Below are positions 8,774 through 17,040 of a DNA stretch of 48,407 nt, in pieces. The DNA is taken from positions 1 through 48,407 of the forward strand of contig CAYNFN010000413.1 of the NCBI GenBank assembly GCA_964396485.1. Reading direction: 5' to 3'. The first letter of the stretch is position 1, and every line of letters starts with the position of its first letter. Origin of the DNA: an uncultured Alcaligenaceae bacterium (GTDB lineage Bacteria; Pseudomonadota; Gammaproteobacteria; Burkholderiales; JACQAP01). Made by a program: the position numbers and the translations under genes. Under the pieces are notes generated by a model that ran no database searches, was not told the origin of the DNA, and saw only the letters and a program-made list of their open reading frames with translations.

Positions 8774-9847
8774 CTAGGTCATGACTTCGGGGCTCTGCTC
8801 GACCAGTCCGCTGGGCGGCGCGGGGTGCCCTCCCAGCAGCCGACCCTTCCAATTGTGCAAGCGCCCGATCGTGTTGTAGTAGGTGAACTCCGGCGAGCGC
8901 CGAATCAGCAGATCGTCGCGCACTTCTTCTTCGAATTCGTGCTGGGCCCAGCCGTTGCATCCAGTGCAGAACGGAACTTTGTCCCACTGGGCCGTCTCGT
9001 GGTAGTAGCGCACCTTCGCGAACTGTTCCCCCTGCCAGACTGCTGCGGCACCCTCCTTGAATACGTTGCCGAGATTGGTCTGCTTGAAACCGTCGAGACA
9101 GCACACGGTCACGGTACCGTCGTTGTGCACCGGCATCGTGTTATAGATCGCCGGGCATGGCCGGCGCACCGACGGCGTATTCATGCCCGGGAAGGTGCCA
9201 TCTTTGAATACCAGGCCCATCCGCACCACATCCACTACCCCCACCCAGCGTTTGACGAAATCGTCTACTTCATGACGATTGTCGTCCTGGATGGTGAACG
9301 ACACGCCTACCCTGGGCTTGTCGGCCTCGCCTCGTGCGCGCAGCAGACGGAATACCGCCGCTTCGATTTTCGCAAGCTTGTCAATGCCTCGGATCTTCCG
9401 TAAGGTCTCCGGCGACACAGCGTCGATGCTGATCATTACCGAATCGACCTCCTGCTCGACAAAATAGCGCGCCAGGTCGTCGCGCAAGGTGAGGCCGTTG
9501 GTATTCATTGCGATCGATATGCCACGCGATTTCATGTCGGCGATGCGCTCACGAAGCTTGGGCGCAAGCAACGGCTCGCCGTACATATTCGGCTGAATCA
9601 GCGGTTTCGCGGCCATAAACTCATCCAGCAACCTGCGCGAGGACTCGAGGTCCATAACGCCCTTTACCGAGTCGATGGCATCTTCGTCTCCCGTCCCCCA
9701 GACCGGGCACATCGGGCAGCGCAGGTTGCATTTGGTCGCGAGGTCGAGCAGCAGCCGCGGGGGGAGATCCGGAACTGGCCTAGGTACCCAGCCATACTTC
9801 GGATCTACCCAATCGGCTTTTGACCAGTCGCGCATTGATACCGTCAT
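8774..9847 (-). CDS. Radical SAM enzyme with SPASM/Twitch-type C-terminal auxiliary-cluster domain
   Basis: 357-aa ORF. CX3CX2C motif in LDLATKCNLRCPMCPVWG. C-terminal C-x12-G-x4-C (CPAIYNTMPVHNDGTVTVCC) and FCTGCNGW. No B12-binding domain is evident. Confidence 0.9.
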   Translation of the reverse strand: MTVSMRDWSKADWVDPKYGWVPRPVPDLPPRLLLDLATKCNLRCPMCPVWGTGDEDAIDSVKGVMDLESSRRLLDEFMAAKPLIQPNMYGEPLLAPKLRERIADMKSRGISIAMNTNGLTLRDDLARYFVEQEVDSVMISIDAVSPETLRKIRGIDKLAKIEAAVFRLLRARGEADKPRVGVSFTIQDDNRHEVDDFVKRWVGVVDVVRMGLVFKDGTFPGMNTPSVRRPCPAIYNTMPVHNDGTVTVCCLDGFKQTNLGNVFKEGAAAVWQGEQFAKVRYYHETAQWDKVPFCTGCNGWAQHEFEEEVRDDLLIRRSPEFTYYNTIGRLHNWKGRLLGGHPAPPSGLVEQSPEVMT

Positions 9848-9882
9848 GGAAGTTGCGTACTCAATATGCAGCTAGAATTATT

Positions 9883-9888
9883 ATTATA
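9883..9888 (-). promoter_or_regulatory. Candidate -10 hexamer (TATAAT) for the radical-SAM / paralogue-C unit
   Basis: Perfect TATAAT on the minus strand 35 nt upstream of the ATG at 9847. It lies inside the only AT-rich stretch of the 9848-9982 divergent spacer. No convincing -35. Confidence 0.35.
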
Positions 9889-9890
9889 CC

Positions 9891-9916
9891 TACCGGTGTC
9901 CACCAACCGTACCGGT
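9891..9916. repeat. Two copies of TACCGGT (palindromic ACCGGT core), 19-bp period
   Basis: TACCGGT at 9891-9897 and 9910-9916. The second is embedded in GTACCGGTA. Located in a divergent promoter spacer. Confidence 0.85.
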
Positions 9917-9982
9917 ATTACCGAATGACCTTATTGGACGGTCCCGCTATTATCCACGTGCCGTGAATAGACTCGCTTAAGG

Positions 9983-11269
9983 GTGCGTATGCGCGACGAG
10001 AACACTTCTGCAATTGAATCTCGCATCGTGGACGAAAAGCTAGCCATTGATGGGGGGCAGCCGGTTCGTAGCCGGCCCATGCCGCCGCGCTTCGCGCTGG
10101 GAGCCGCGGAGATCGGCATGCTCGAGGAGGCAGTCCGGTACTACCGCAACAAGGACGTGGATCCGGGCTATCAAGGCCCCTTTGAGAAACTTTATACGGA
10201 CGAGTTCGTCGCCATGATGGGCGGCGGTTATGCCGACTCCGTCGCCACTGGTACCGCAGCGCTCTACATCGCCATCGCCGCGCTCGACCTGCCCAAGGGC
10301 AGCGAAGTGATCGTATCGCCAATCACGGACCCCGGCACGATCAGTTCGATCATCCTGAACGGACTGCGGCCTCGTCTGGCCGATACCCGCCCCGGCGACT
10401 ACAACATGGGATCCGAGCAGGTCATCGCGCGACTTACGCCGGCGGTGTCAGCCGTGCTAGTGGTCCATGCTGGCGGCCGGTCTACCGACGTCGATCGCAT
10501 CGTCGCCGCGGTGCGTCCGCGAGGCCTCCGTGTGATCGAAGATTGCAGCCAGGCGCACGGCGCACAGATTTTCGGGCGTCCGGTCGGCACTTTCGGGGAC
10601 ATTGCGGCGTTCTCGACCATGTATCGCAAGATACACATGTCCGGAGGATCCGGCGGAATGGTCTATTCGCGCGATCTCGCGATCTTCCGTAACGCTCTCG
10701 CGCACGCTGATCGCGGCAAACCGCGCTGGCAGACCGACTTCGACGACCGGAACCCTGAGACCTTTCTCTTTCCTGCGCTCAATTGGAACAACGACGAACT
10801 TTCTTGCGCGATGGGGCTTGCTTCCCTCCGGCGCCTGAAGGACACGATCGTTCGCCGGCTTGCGTTCGTTTCTGAGCTCGCGTCGCTCATGTCCGAGATG
10901 GACACGATGTTTTCCCTTCTGCCGTGGCGTCCCACGGACTCGCCATTCGTCGTACCGGTTTTCATAGACCCGGCGCGCGCAAAGCGGCCGAAAATCGCCA
11001 TTGCGGAGGCTGTGCTGAAGGAAGGTATCGGCCTCAACCCGCACTATCGATATGTCGTGTCGCAATGGCCATGGGTCAAACCACACCTGGCGGACGATTT
11101 CGACACGCCCGAGGCGGTGAACAGCCGCGACCGGAGCTTCTGCCTGTACGTCAATGAGAACTACACGGAGGAGGAAGCGCTGGACACGGTGGCGACACTC
11201 GTCAAGGTAGACCGGGCCCTTGCGGCAGCTAGGCCGCGACCGATCGTAGTGCCCATTCGATCACTGTGA
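9983..11269 (+). CDS. DegT/DnrJ/EryC1/StrS-family PLP-dependent sugar aminotransferase
   Basis: 428-aa ORF (GTG at 9983; ATG at 9989 preceded by AAGGG is an alternative start). KLAIDGGQPVR, ATGTAALYIAIAAL, EDCSQAHGA, and a candidate PLP-Lys region FSTMYRKIHMSGGSGGMVYS. Confidence 0.85.
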   Translation: MRMRDENTSAIESRIVDEKLAIDGGQPVRSRPMPPRFALGAAEIGMLEEAVRYYRNKDVDPGYQGPFEKLYTDEFVAMMGGGYADSVATGTAALYIAIAALDLPKGSEVIVSPITDPGTISSIILNGLRPRLADTRPGDYNMGSEQVIARLTPAVSAVLVVHAGGRSTDVDRIVAAVRPRGLRVIEDCSQAHGAQIFGRPVGTFGDIAAFSTMYRKIHMSGGSGGMVYSRDLAIFRNALAHADRGKPRWQTDFDDRNPETFLFPALNWNNDELSCAMGLASLRRLKDTIVRRLAFVSELASLMSEMDTMFSLLPWRPTDSPFVVPVFIDPARAKRPKIAIAEAVLKEGIGLNPHYRYVVSQWPWVKPHLADDFDTPEAVNSRDRSFCLYVNENYTEEEALDTVATLVKVDRALAAARPRPIVVPIRSL

Positions 11270-12156
11270 CGCGGCTTTTGGCTCGATCGCCACGCCTCGC
11301 CAGTCGTGTATTAGCCCGGAAAAAGGGCACGCGAGCCAGGCCGCGAGAGCCGGAACGTGAAGCGATCCGGTGCATCCTGAAGAGCTACGCGGTACCCCGC
11401 GATGCGGTGCTCGTCGTGCACAGCGCAATCAGGTGCCTAAGCCGCGAAGGCTACCGCGCTGAAGCCATGATCGAAGCCCTGCTCGAATATCTGGAACACG
11501 GCACCTTGATGATGCCCGCCATGACGTGGCGCACGGTAACGCCGGAGAATCCGGTCTGGGACGAGCTCACCACACCCTCGCATACCGGTATCTTGAGCGA
11601 GATATTCAGGACGCGCTACGCTACCGCACGCAGCCTACATCCGACGCATTCGGTTGCGGGAGTCGGGCCGCTGGCGCAGGCGCTGCTATCAACCCACCAT
11701 TTCGGCAACACGCCGGTCCCCGCAACGAGCCCGTATGGACTGATGCGGGACTATCCAGCCTATATTCTCATGATCGGTGTCGGGCTGGAGAGCTGCACGG
11801 CGATCCACCATCCGGAGGAAGTGATAGCGCCGCATATTTACGTCAAGCTGGCAGAGGACGCGGAAAGATACGAGCTGCGCGACCGAGAAGGACGTCGGAT
11901 CGAGTTTCACCTGCGCAGGCACTCGCGGCTCAACCGGAACTTTCCCAAGTTCGCGCCGCTGCTTGCCGCGAAATCCCGAATCCGGTCGGGAACGGTATCA
12001 AGAGTCCCCTGGACCCTGGTGAAGGCAAGCGATCTGCTGGCAGAGGTTTTCACGCGCCTGATTGAGCAGCCCGACTTCAACCTCTCCAACGACGCCCGTC
12101 GGATCTGGACGGCGGCTGCAAAGAACACAGTCGGCCGCGGCTACGCGAAGGCATAA
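11266..12156 (+). CDS. AAC(3)-fold (aminoglycoside 3-N-acetyltransferase-like) N-acyltransferase, probably acting on an amino sugar
   Basis: 296-aa ORF. GTGA start/stop overlap with the aminotransferase. VLVVHSAIRCLS ... GTLMMPAMTW ... PSHTGILSEIFR ... RSLHPTHSVAGVGP ... CTAIHHPEE is the Antibiotic_NAT pattern. Confidence 0.8.
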   Translation: MTRLLARSPRLASRVLARKKGTRARPREPEREAIRCILKSYAVPRDAVLVVHSAIRCLSREGYRAEAMIEALLEYLEHGTLMMPAMTWRTVTPENPVWDELTTPSHTGILSEIFRTRYATARSLHPTHSVAGVGPLAQALLSTHHFGNTPVPATSPYGLMRDYPAYILMIGVGLESCTAIHHPEEVIAPHIYVKLAEDAERYELRDREGRRIEFHLRRHSRLNRNFPKFAPLLAAKSRIRSGTVSRVPWTLVKASDLLAEVFTRLIEQPDFNLSNDARRIWTAAAKNTVGRGYAKA

Positions 12157-13301
12157 AGAACGGTTTCGATGATTCCGCCGTCGTGCTGGCGTAAGTACAG
12201 GCGATAGTCAGCGCCGAGTTCTCTTACGAGACGGGGGATTTCCCAGAGATCGCTGGGACGGTGGTACAGGGAGATTGCGAGCTTAGGGCACCACGAAGCG
12301 ATTGTTTTTGCGGCCCCTGCCAATGCTTCGCGCTCGGCGCCCTCGATATTCATCTTGATGAAGCTCGCGCGCTCTCCCGCCAGTACTTCATCGAGGCCAA
12401 CCACGGTGATCTTGGATTTCGCAGCCGTGGAAATGACGGCGCCCCTGGAGCCGTCTTCCGTGAACCCCAGCGCGGCCTTGGCGCGATGGAGTCCACAATT
12501 AAAAAGCTCCACTCTGGGCACAGCCTGAAGGTTCAGCGACAATCGCGAAAACGTGCGCGGATCCGGTTCGAATGCCAGAACGCGTTCGTAGCTGCCATTC
12601 ACCCGCTCGACGAACATGCGGACGGAATCGCCGTCGTAGGCTCCGCCATCCACGTACACCTCGTTGTCCCGGAACTGGAGAAGTCCGGAGAAACCGTACA
12701 GGTCCCAATCGATGACGTCGGCAAGCACTGCAGCATCCATTGTTAACCGGTACCCCAAGAGGCGGTCTAGCACCTTTACGGATTGTTCGTCTTGCAGCGT
12801 ACCGGCGAGCTCAAGGTAGCGCGACCGGTTGGCGCATACGTCACCGAGCAGGTCATCATGAAACATATGCGAAGGAAACACGTTGGGGTCCAGCACCTGC
12901 AGCAGCGCGAAGGGCGCGACTTGGAACCCCATGGCTCGCAATGACTCGGTTGCGCCGAGGACCCTGTGAGAGGCGATCACCACGGGAACCGAGCGCTCGA
13001 GCGAGCCAATCGCGTCCGAGGGGACGACCTGATGCTCGCCGACCCTGATGCCGCGCTTGGTCGCGTCGTTGTCGTAGACACCGGCAATGGCAATGCCCTG
13101 CGCGGCGCAGATGGACGCCAGCCTCCTGCCCTCGGCGCCCGCGCCCAGAATCGCGAGGCTGGTTGGAAGACCATGGTGCAGAAAGGCATAACGTTCGCGC
13201 AGCGATGCGCGTAAGTCGCCGGTTGAAATACCGTGCGAGATCCGTTCCAGCCACGGCATCCGCGGTTCTGTCGTCATTCTTATCTTTTGGGGCGGTGTCA
13301 T
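12141..13301 (-). CDS. FkbM-family methyltransferase with N-terminal Rossmann-like domain
   Basis: Trimmed to the ATG at 13301, which forms an ATGA overlap with the upstream stop. N-domain LAILGAGAEGRRLA...IAGVYDND. The C-domain YVDGGAYDGDSV ... VLAFEPDP ... FIKMNIEGAEREAL ... ISLYHRPSDLWEIP is typical of FkbM (TIGR01444-like). Confidence 0.8.
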   Translation of the reverse strand: MTPPQKIRMTTEPRMPWLERISHGISTGDLRASLRERYAFLHHGLPTSLAILGAGAEGRRLASICAAQGIAIAGVYDNDATKRGIRVGEHQVVPSDAIGSLERSVPVVIASHRVLGATESLRAMGFQVAPFALLQVLDPNVFPSHMFHDDLLGDVCANRSRYLELAGTLQDEQSVKVLDRLLGYRLTMDAAVLADVIDWDLYGFSGLLQFRDNEVYVDGGAYDGDSVRMFVERVNGSYERVLAFEPDPRTFSRLSLNLQAVPRVELFNCGLHRAKAALGFTEDGSRGAVISTAAKSKITVVGLDEVLAGERASFIKMNIEGAEREALAGAAKTIASWCPKLAISLYHRPSDLWEIPRLVRELGADYRLYLRQHDGGIIETVLYAFA

Positions 13302-14704
13302 CGTAGGGCTTTGCCTTTGACGTATCGCGTCTCGCTCTCCACCGTTGTCTGCCGAGTTTGAAACGCATGTATTCGTCTCAGCACCTGCTTGACATAGCGT
13401 CTGGGAACCATCCTGACCAGTCGCTCCAGCGTTTCGCGCTTCGCCCGGCCAAGCAACGGACCGATCATCCATCCGAATCCCATGCGCAGGAGATAGGCCT
13501 CGCCGCGGCGATAGGTGGCTCTGAGTTTCGCGATGAGCCTTGCGATGAGTTTCGCAACGAGCTTGCGGTCGCCATATCGGATCTGGAGCATCACTTGGGA
13601 CAGGGCAATGGCGGCATAGTGCCGGAACCGCTCCCCGGCTCCCATCCGTAGGGCGCGCGCGACTACAGAGGCGGACCGCTTAGCGGTGGAGGTCGAGGCC
13701 TCCACCAGCTCATCGCCATGAATGTGTACGGGTATGGTGTAGGCCAACCGCCTGAAATCGTCGACGTCGGGTCCGGTGAGAAATCGCCGGATATCGACTA
13801 GCCGCTGGCTCAAGCCGCCAGGGGTGCGATTGATGCGGCGGTACTGCATCGGGTAGAAGGTGAGCTCCGATTCCGGAGTCAGAGATATGAACAGTGCTTC
13901 GTCCGAATCGCTCGAAAGATAGAGTTGCCGTCGGTCGTTTCCCCGGTAGAAGTTCCTATAGACATACTGACCGTCTATCGTGTCTGTTTCCAGAATGCTG
14001 TCCGAGTAGCCGTGAGTATCAGCAAAATCTGCGAGCAACAACGCCCAGCTTACCGTGTGCACGACCATTGCACTGCCACCCGGGACGCGCCAGTACGACC
14101 AGATGGGGTAGTCGCCGAAGGAAGGCGCCTCGAATTCATATCGGCGGATCTCCGAATGCAGGGATTCGCACGCCAGCCCAGCGAGCAGCCGTGGGTCTAG
14201 CTGCATCGGCTGGTCAGGCCGCAAGAGGTTCAGCCGGCCGAGCGAGCTTACTACCGGCTCCATTGCGTAACGAAGCGCCGCGGCCAGCACGACCTTCTTC
14301 CCGCTGCGCGCCTTGTCGATCACGAAGGCCACCGTCCCGTCCGAGACAAGGAGATCGGGCGCGAAGAAGCCGGCCCAGACCCCGTCCTCGACTGCCCGGC
14401 TCGCGGCTAGGCGATGTCCCTTCGACATGTGCAGGATCGGAAGATCCTCCTTCCCCGGATAGCCGATATCGATGAATACCGGCTCGACGTATTCCCTCAT
14501 GCGCTCGAACAACGGACGTCCTTCGAGCCTGGACCAGTCATCCTGTGTAGTGGAGATGAGAAACTTGCATCCTGGGAGCCCACGCAGCGCGGGCAGATTG
14601 TTCGGCGACAATAGCGAGCTCAGGCATAGCGAATAGAAGTATTCCCTGAAGCGATCACCCCAGAACGTGACCATCAGGTAATACGGACTTGATCTCACGC
14701 GCAA
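13298..14704 (-). CDS. Uncharacterised putative GT-A-like transferase, paralogue D
   Basis: 468-aa ORF. TTG at 14704; GTG at 14698 or ATG at 14674 are possible starts. YYLMVTFWGDRFREYFYSLCLSSLLSPNNLPAL and PDLLVSDGT motifs. Amphipathic repeat-containing C-terminus. Confidence 0.75.
   Translation of the reverse strand: MRVRSSPYYLMVTFWGDRFREYFYSLCLSSLLSPNNLPALRGLPGCKFLISTTQDDWSRLEGRPLFERMREYVEPVFIDIGYPGKEDLPILHMSKGHRLAASRAVEDGVWAGFFAPDLLVSDGTVAFVIDKARSGKKVVLAAALRYAMEPVVSSLGRLNLLRPDQPMQLDPRLLAGLACESLHSEIRRYEFEAPSFGDYPIWSYWRVPGGSAMVVHTVSWALLLADFADTHGYSDSILETDTIDGQYVYRNFYRGNDRRQLYLSSDSDEALFISLTPESELTFYPMQYRRINRTPGGLSQRLVDIRRFLTGPDVDDFRRLAYTIPVHIHGDELVEASTSTAKRSASVVARALRMGAGERFRHYAAIALSQVMLQIRYGDRKLVAKLIARLIAKLRATYRRGEAYLLRMGFGWMIGPLLGRAKRETLERLVRMVPRRYVKQVLRRIHAFQTRQTTVESETRYVKGKALR
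13523..13570. repeat. Imperfect in-frame 12-nt tandem repeat x4 inside paralogue D
   Basis: The units are gagtttcgcgat, gagccttgcgat, gagtttcgcaac and gagcttgcggtc. On the minus strand they encode DRKLVAKLIARLIAKL. Confidence 0.8.
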
Positions 14705-14719
14705 GGCGCCAACACCGAG

Positions 14720-15394
14720 TCAACTCTGCCGCGGACTAACGCACAACGCCCAGAGGTAATGCCCCATGGGCGCGAACCCGGTGTGCAGCACTTCGTCATT
14801 CATCGAGAACAGGAACACGTTCCTGAAGTATTCGCTGCAGAGCGCCCGCAACGTCTTGTGATCCTTGAGATTGACGTGCCCAGTCTTCGAGTGCGGCGAC
14901 GCGTAGACCTCCGCGGTCATGTTCGGCGTCCCGATGATGACGATGCCGTCGGTTTCGATGCTGGCGACCATATGCTCGAGCAGCGCGCGCTCTTCTTCCG
15001 CAAAGATGTGCTCCAGAACGTCTATCAAGTAGATCGCGCTCACACGCTCGTCGAACGGTGCCGACCTAAAATCATGATAGCGGTAGGTGATATTTGGGAA
15101 AGCAGATGCCTGCCGCCCGATGTTGTCCGCAATTGTTTCGGCATCTATGTCGGTACAAACAAGCTTGTCCACCCCCTGCGCCACGATGGGCGCGCCGAAG
15201 CCGTCTCCGCAGCCGATCTCCAAGGCAGACTTGCGGCCTTCGACCATCTTCGAAACGAACTTGTAGCGCGCAGCGTGAAATACCAGATGCTTGGGGTCAT
15301 GAACGTAGCTCTGGGCCGTGGCGGTTCCCAGACGAACGTCATACCTCGGAAGATCACCGTGCAGTTTAAGCCAGAGTTCCTTCGAATCGCGCAT
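14720..15394 (-). CDS. Class I SAM-dependent methyltransferase (paralogue of 18158-18925)
   Basis: 224-aa ORF. ALEIGCGDGFGAPIV (motif I), IYLIDVLEHI. The C-terminal HVNLKDHKTLRALCSEYFRNVFLFSMNDEVLHTGF is colinear with the 18158 gene product. Confidence 0.85.
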   Translation of the reverse strand: MRDSKELWLKLHGDLPRYDVRLGTATAQSYVHDPKHLVFHAARYKFVSKMVEGRKSALEIGCGDGFGAPIVAQGVDKLVCTDIDAETIADNIGRQASAFPNITYRYHDFRSAPFDERVSAIYLIDVLEHIFAEEERALLEHMVASIETDGIVIIGTPNMTAEVYASPHSKTGHVNLKDHKTLRALCSEYFRNVFLFSMNDEVLHTGFAPMGHYLWALCVSPRQS

Positions 15395-15452
15395 GTCCCC
15401 TCAGTATGGAAAAAAGTATAGCAGCCGTGTCCAGGAATGATCTGCAACTACA

Positions 15453-16217
15453 TCATGCGCTTGACTTGGTTTGCGTCAGCTCGTGGTAGGCCGCCAATAC
15501 CTCTTCGACTTCGCCGATCTTCAAGGCCTTTCCCTGGTCCATGAGCACGGCCTTGTTGCACATGATGCGGATGAGAGAGTCGGCATGAGACGCGAGGACC
15601 AGAATGCTCGTCCGCTGTATCAGGGCGTCGATTCTCCTGTTCGCTCTTTCAGCAAAACGTGCATCGCCGGCGCCGAGGCCTTCGTCAAGGAGAAGGATCT
15701 CGGGATCGATGGCGGTCGCGATGGCGAATCCCAGGCGAACCAGCATCCCGCTCGAGTAGGTGCGCACGGGGAGTTCGAGGTATTCGCCCAGCTCGGTAAA
15801 TGCCGCGATATCGCCCACCTTGGCTTCGATCTCGCGGATCGACATGCCGAGGAACAGTCCGCAGGTGAAAATGTTCTCATAGCCGGTGTCGTCAGCCACC
15901 ATGCCGGGGCTCGTATTTAATAGCGGGGAGACGCGGCCTTCCATGATCAGCCGGCCTGCGACTGGCTCGTAGACCCCCGCAAGCACCCGCAGCAGCGTGG
16001 ATTTGCCAGCGCCGTTGTGCCCGATCAAACCTATGCGGTCGCCATGCTCGACGCTGAACGATATGTCGTCCAGGGAGCGCACCGTCACCCTGCGGCTGTG
16101 CTTCTGGTCATGCTTGATCAGCCCGCCTGCCTTTTGCAGCAAATCCCTCTTGAAGCTGCGAATGCTCTCGTAGATCGGAAAGTCGACCGTGACGTTTTCC
16201 AGGCGTATGGATGCCAT
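15453..16217 (-). CDS. wzt: Polysaccharide ABC transporter ATP-binding protein (Wzt/TagH type, no C-terminal carbohydrate-binding domain)
   Basis: 254-aa ORF. Walker A GHNGAGKST, signature YSSGMLVRL, Walker B ILLLDEGL. The protein ends shortly after the NBD. Confidence 0.9.
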   Translation of the reverse strand: MASIRLENVTVDFPIYESIRSFKRDLLQKAGGLIKHDQKHSRRVTVRSLDDISFSVEHGDRIGLIGHNGAGKSTLLRVLAGVYEPVAGRLIMEGRVSPLLNTSPGMVADDTGYENIFTCGLFLGMSIREIEAKVGDIAAFTELGEYLELPVRTYSSGMLVRLGFAIATAIDPEILLLDEGLGAGDARFAERANRRIDALIQRTSILVLASHADSLIRIMCNKAVLMDQGKALKIGEVEEVLAAYHELTQTKSSA

Positions 16218-16221
16218 ATCG

Positions 16222-17019
16222 CTACAACCAGTAGGCTATTCGCCGGCGATATCTGGAAAACATCGCCAGCGTGATTGACCACCCCAACACACCCACGCCT
16301 ATTGCCACGAGCACGCTTGCATTGGGAGGTGATTGGCCCAGGAGCGGACTGCGGATGATCTGAACAAAGTGATAGAACACATTCAGATCAGTGAGCAGGA
16401 ACCCGACTTTCCCCTTGATTTGATCCGCGTTCCAGAAGATCGGGGTGACAAAGAGAACGATCTGCAAAACCGCCGTTACGACGGGCGGAACGTCCCTGAA
16501 CCGCGCACCGAAGATGCCCAGCAGAATCGCCACCCACATTGCATTGACGGCAACCAACATCAGTCCGGGAAGCAGCAGCAAGGTCGACCAGGTCAATGGA
16601 ATGCTCATGAACACCATGACGAGCGCGTAGATCACGATGTTGTGGAAAAAAATGATGATATTTCGCCATACCAGCGAACAAATCAATGTCGTCAGCGGAA
16701 AGCGAAGCGACTTGATAAGCGCCTCCGCAGCGATGAACACGGAAGCCCCCTCGTTGATAAGTGCGGAGATCAGCGTCCATGTCACCATGCCGGAAGTGAG
16801 ATAGGGCAGGAACTGCTTCAACTCGGCATTGAACAGGCGAGCCATGACGACGCTCATCGCGAAGATCACGACGCCGAGGCTCAAAGTTGCCCAGAACGGA
16901 CCGAGGACCGTTCTCCGGTAGCGCCCCTTGACGTCGCTCCAGGCCAAGCGACTCCACATCGGCCAATTAAGTATCCCTTGCCAGATATCCAGGAGGGACA
17001 GCTTGTAGTCAGCGCGCAT
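16222..17019 (-). CDS. wzm: Polysaccharide ABC-2 type transporter permease
   Basis: 265-aa ORF. RRTVLGPFWATLS entry motif and about six hydrophobic segments. Sits 4 nt upstream of wzt. Confidence 0.9.
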   Translation of the reverse strand: MRADYKLSLLDIWQGILNWPMWSRLAWSDVKGRYRRTVLGPFWATLSLGVVIFAMSVVMARLFNAELKQFLPYLTSGMVTWTLISALINEGASVFIAAEALIKSLRFPLTTLICSLVWRNIIIFFHNIVIYALVMVFMSIPLTWSTLLLLPGLMLVAVNAMWVAILLGIFGARFRDVPPVVTAVLQIVLFVTPIFWNADQIKGKVGFLLTDLNVFYHFVQIIRSPLLGQSPPNASVLVAIGVGVLGWSITLAMFSRYRRRIAYWL

Positions 17020-17040
17020 CGGCGAATGCTATCAAGGGCT

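Noticed and set aside
11266-12156. Calling the AAC(3)-fold gene an aminoglycoside-resistance determinant.
   Set aside because: It is translationally coupled to a sugar aminotransferase inside a glycan locus, with no mobile-element context. A biosynthetic N-acylation role is more parsimonious. Resistance activity cannot be judged from sequence alone.
8774-12156. Interpreting the rSAM + DegT + AAC(3) genes as a 2-deoxystreptamine aminoglycoside biosynthetic cluster.
   Set aside because: No DHQS-like carbocycle-forming enzyme (2-deoxy-scyllo-inosose synthase or sedoheptulose-7-P cyclase) is recognisable anywhere in the window. The surrounding genes are glycan-assembly and export functions.
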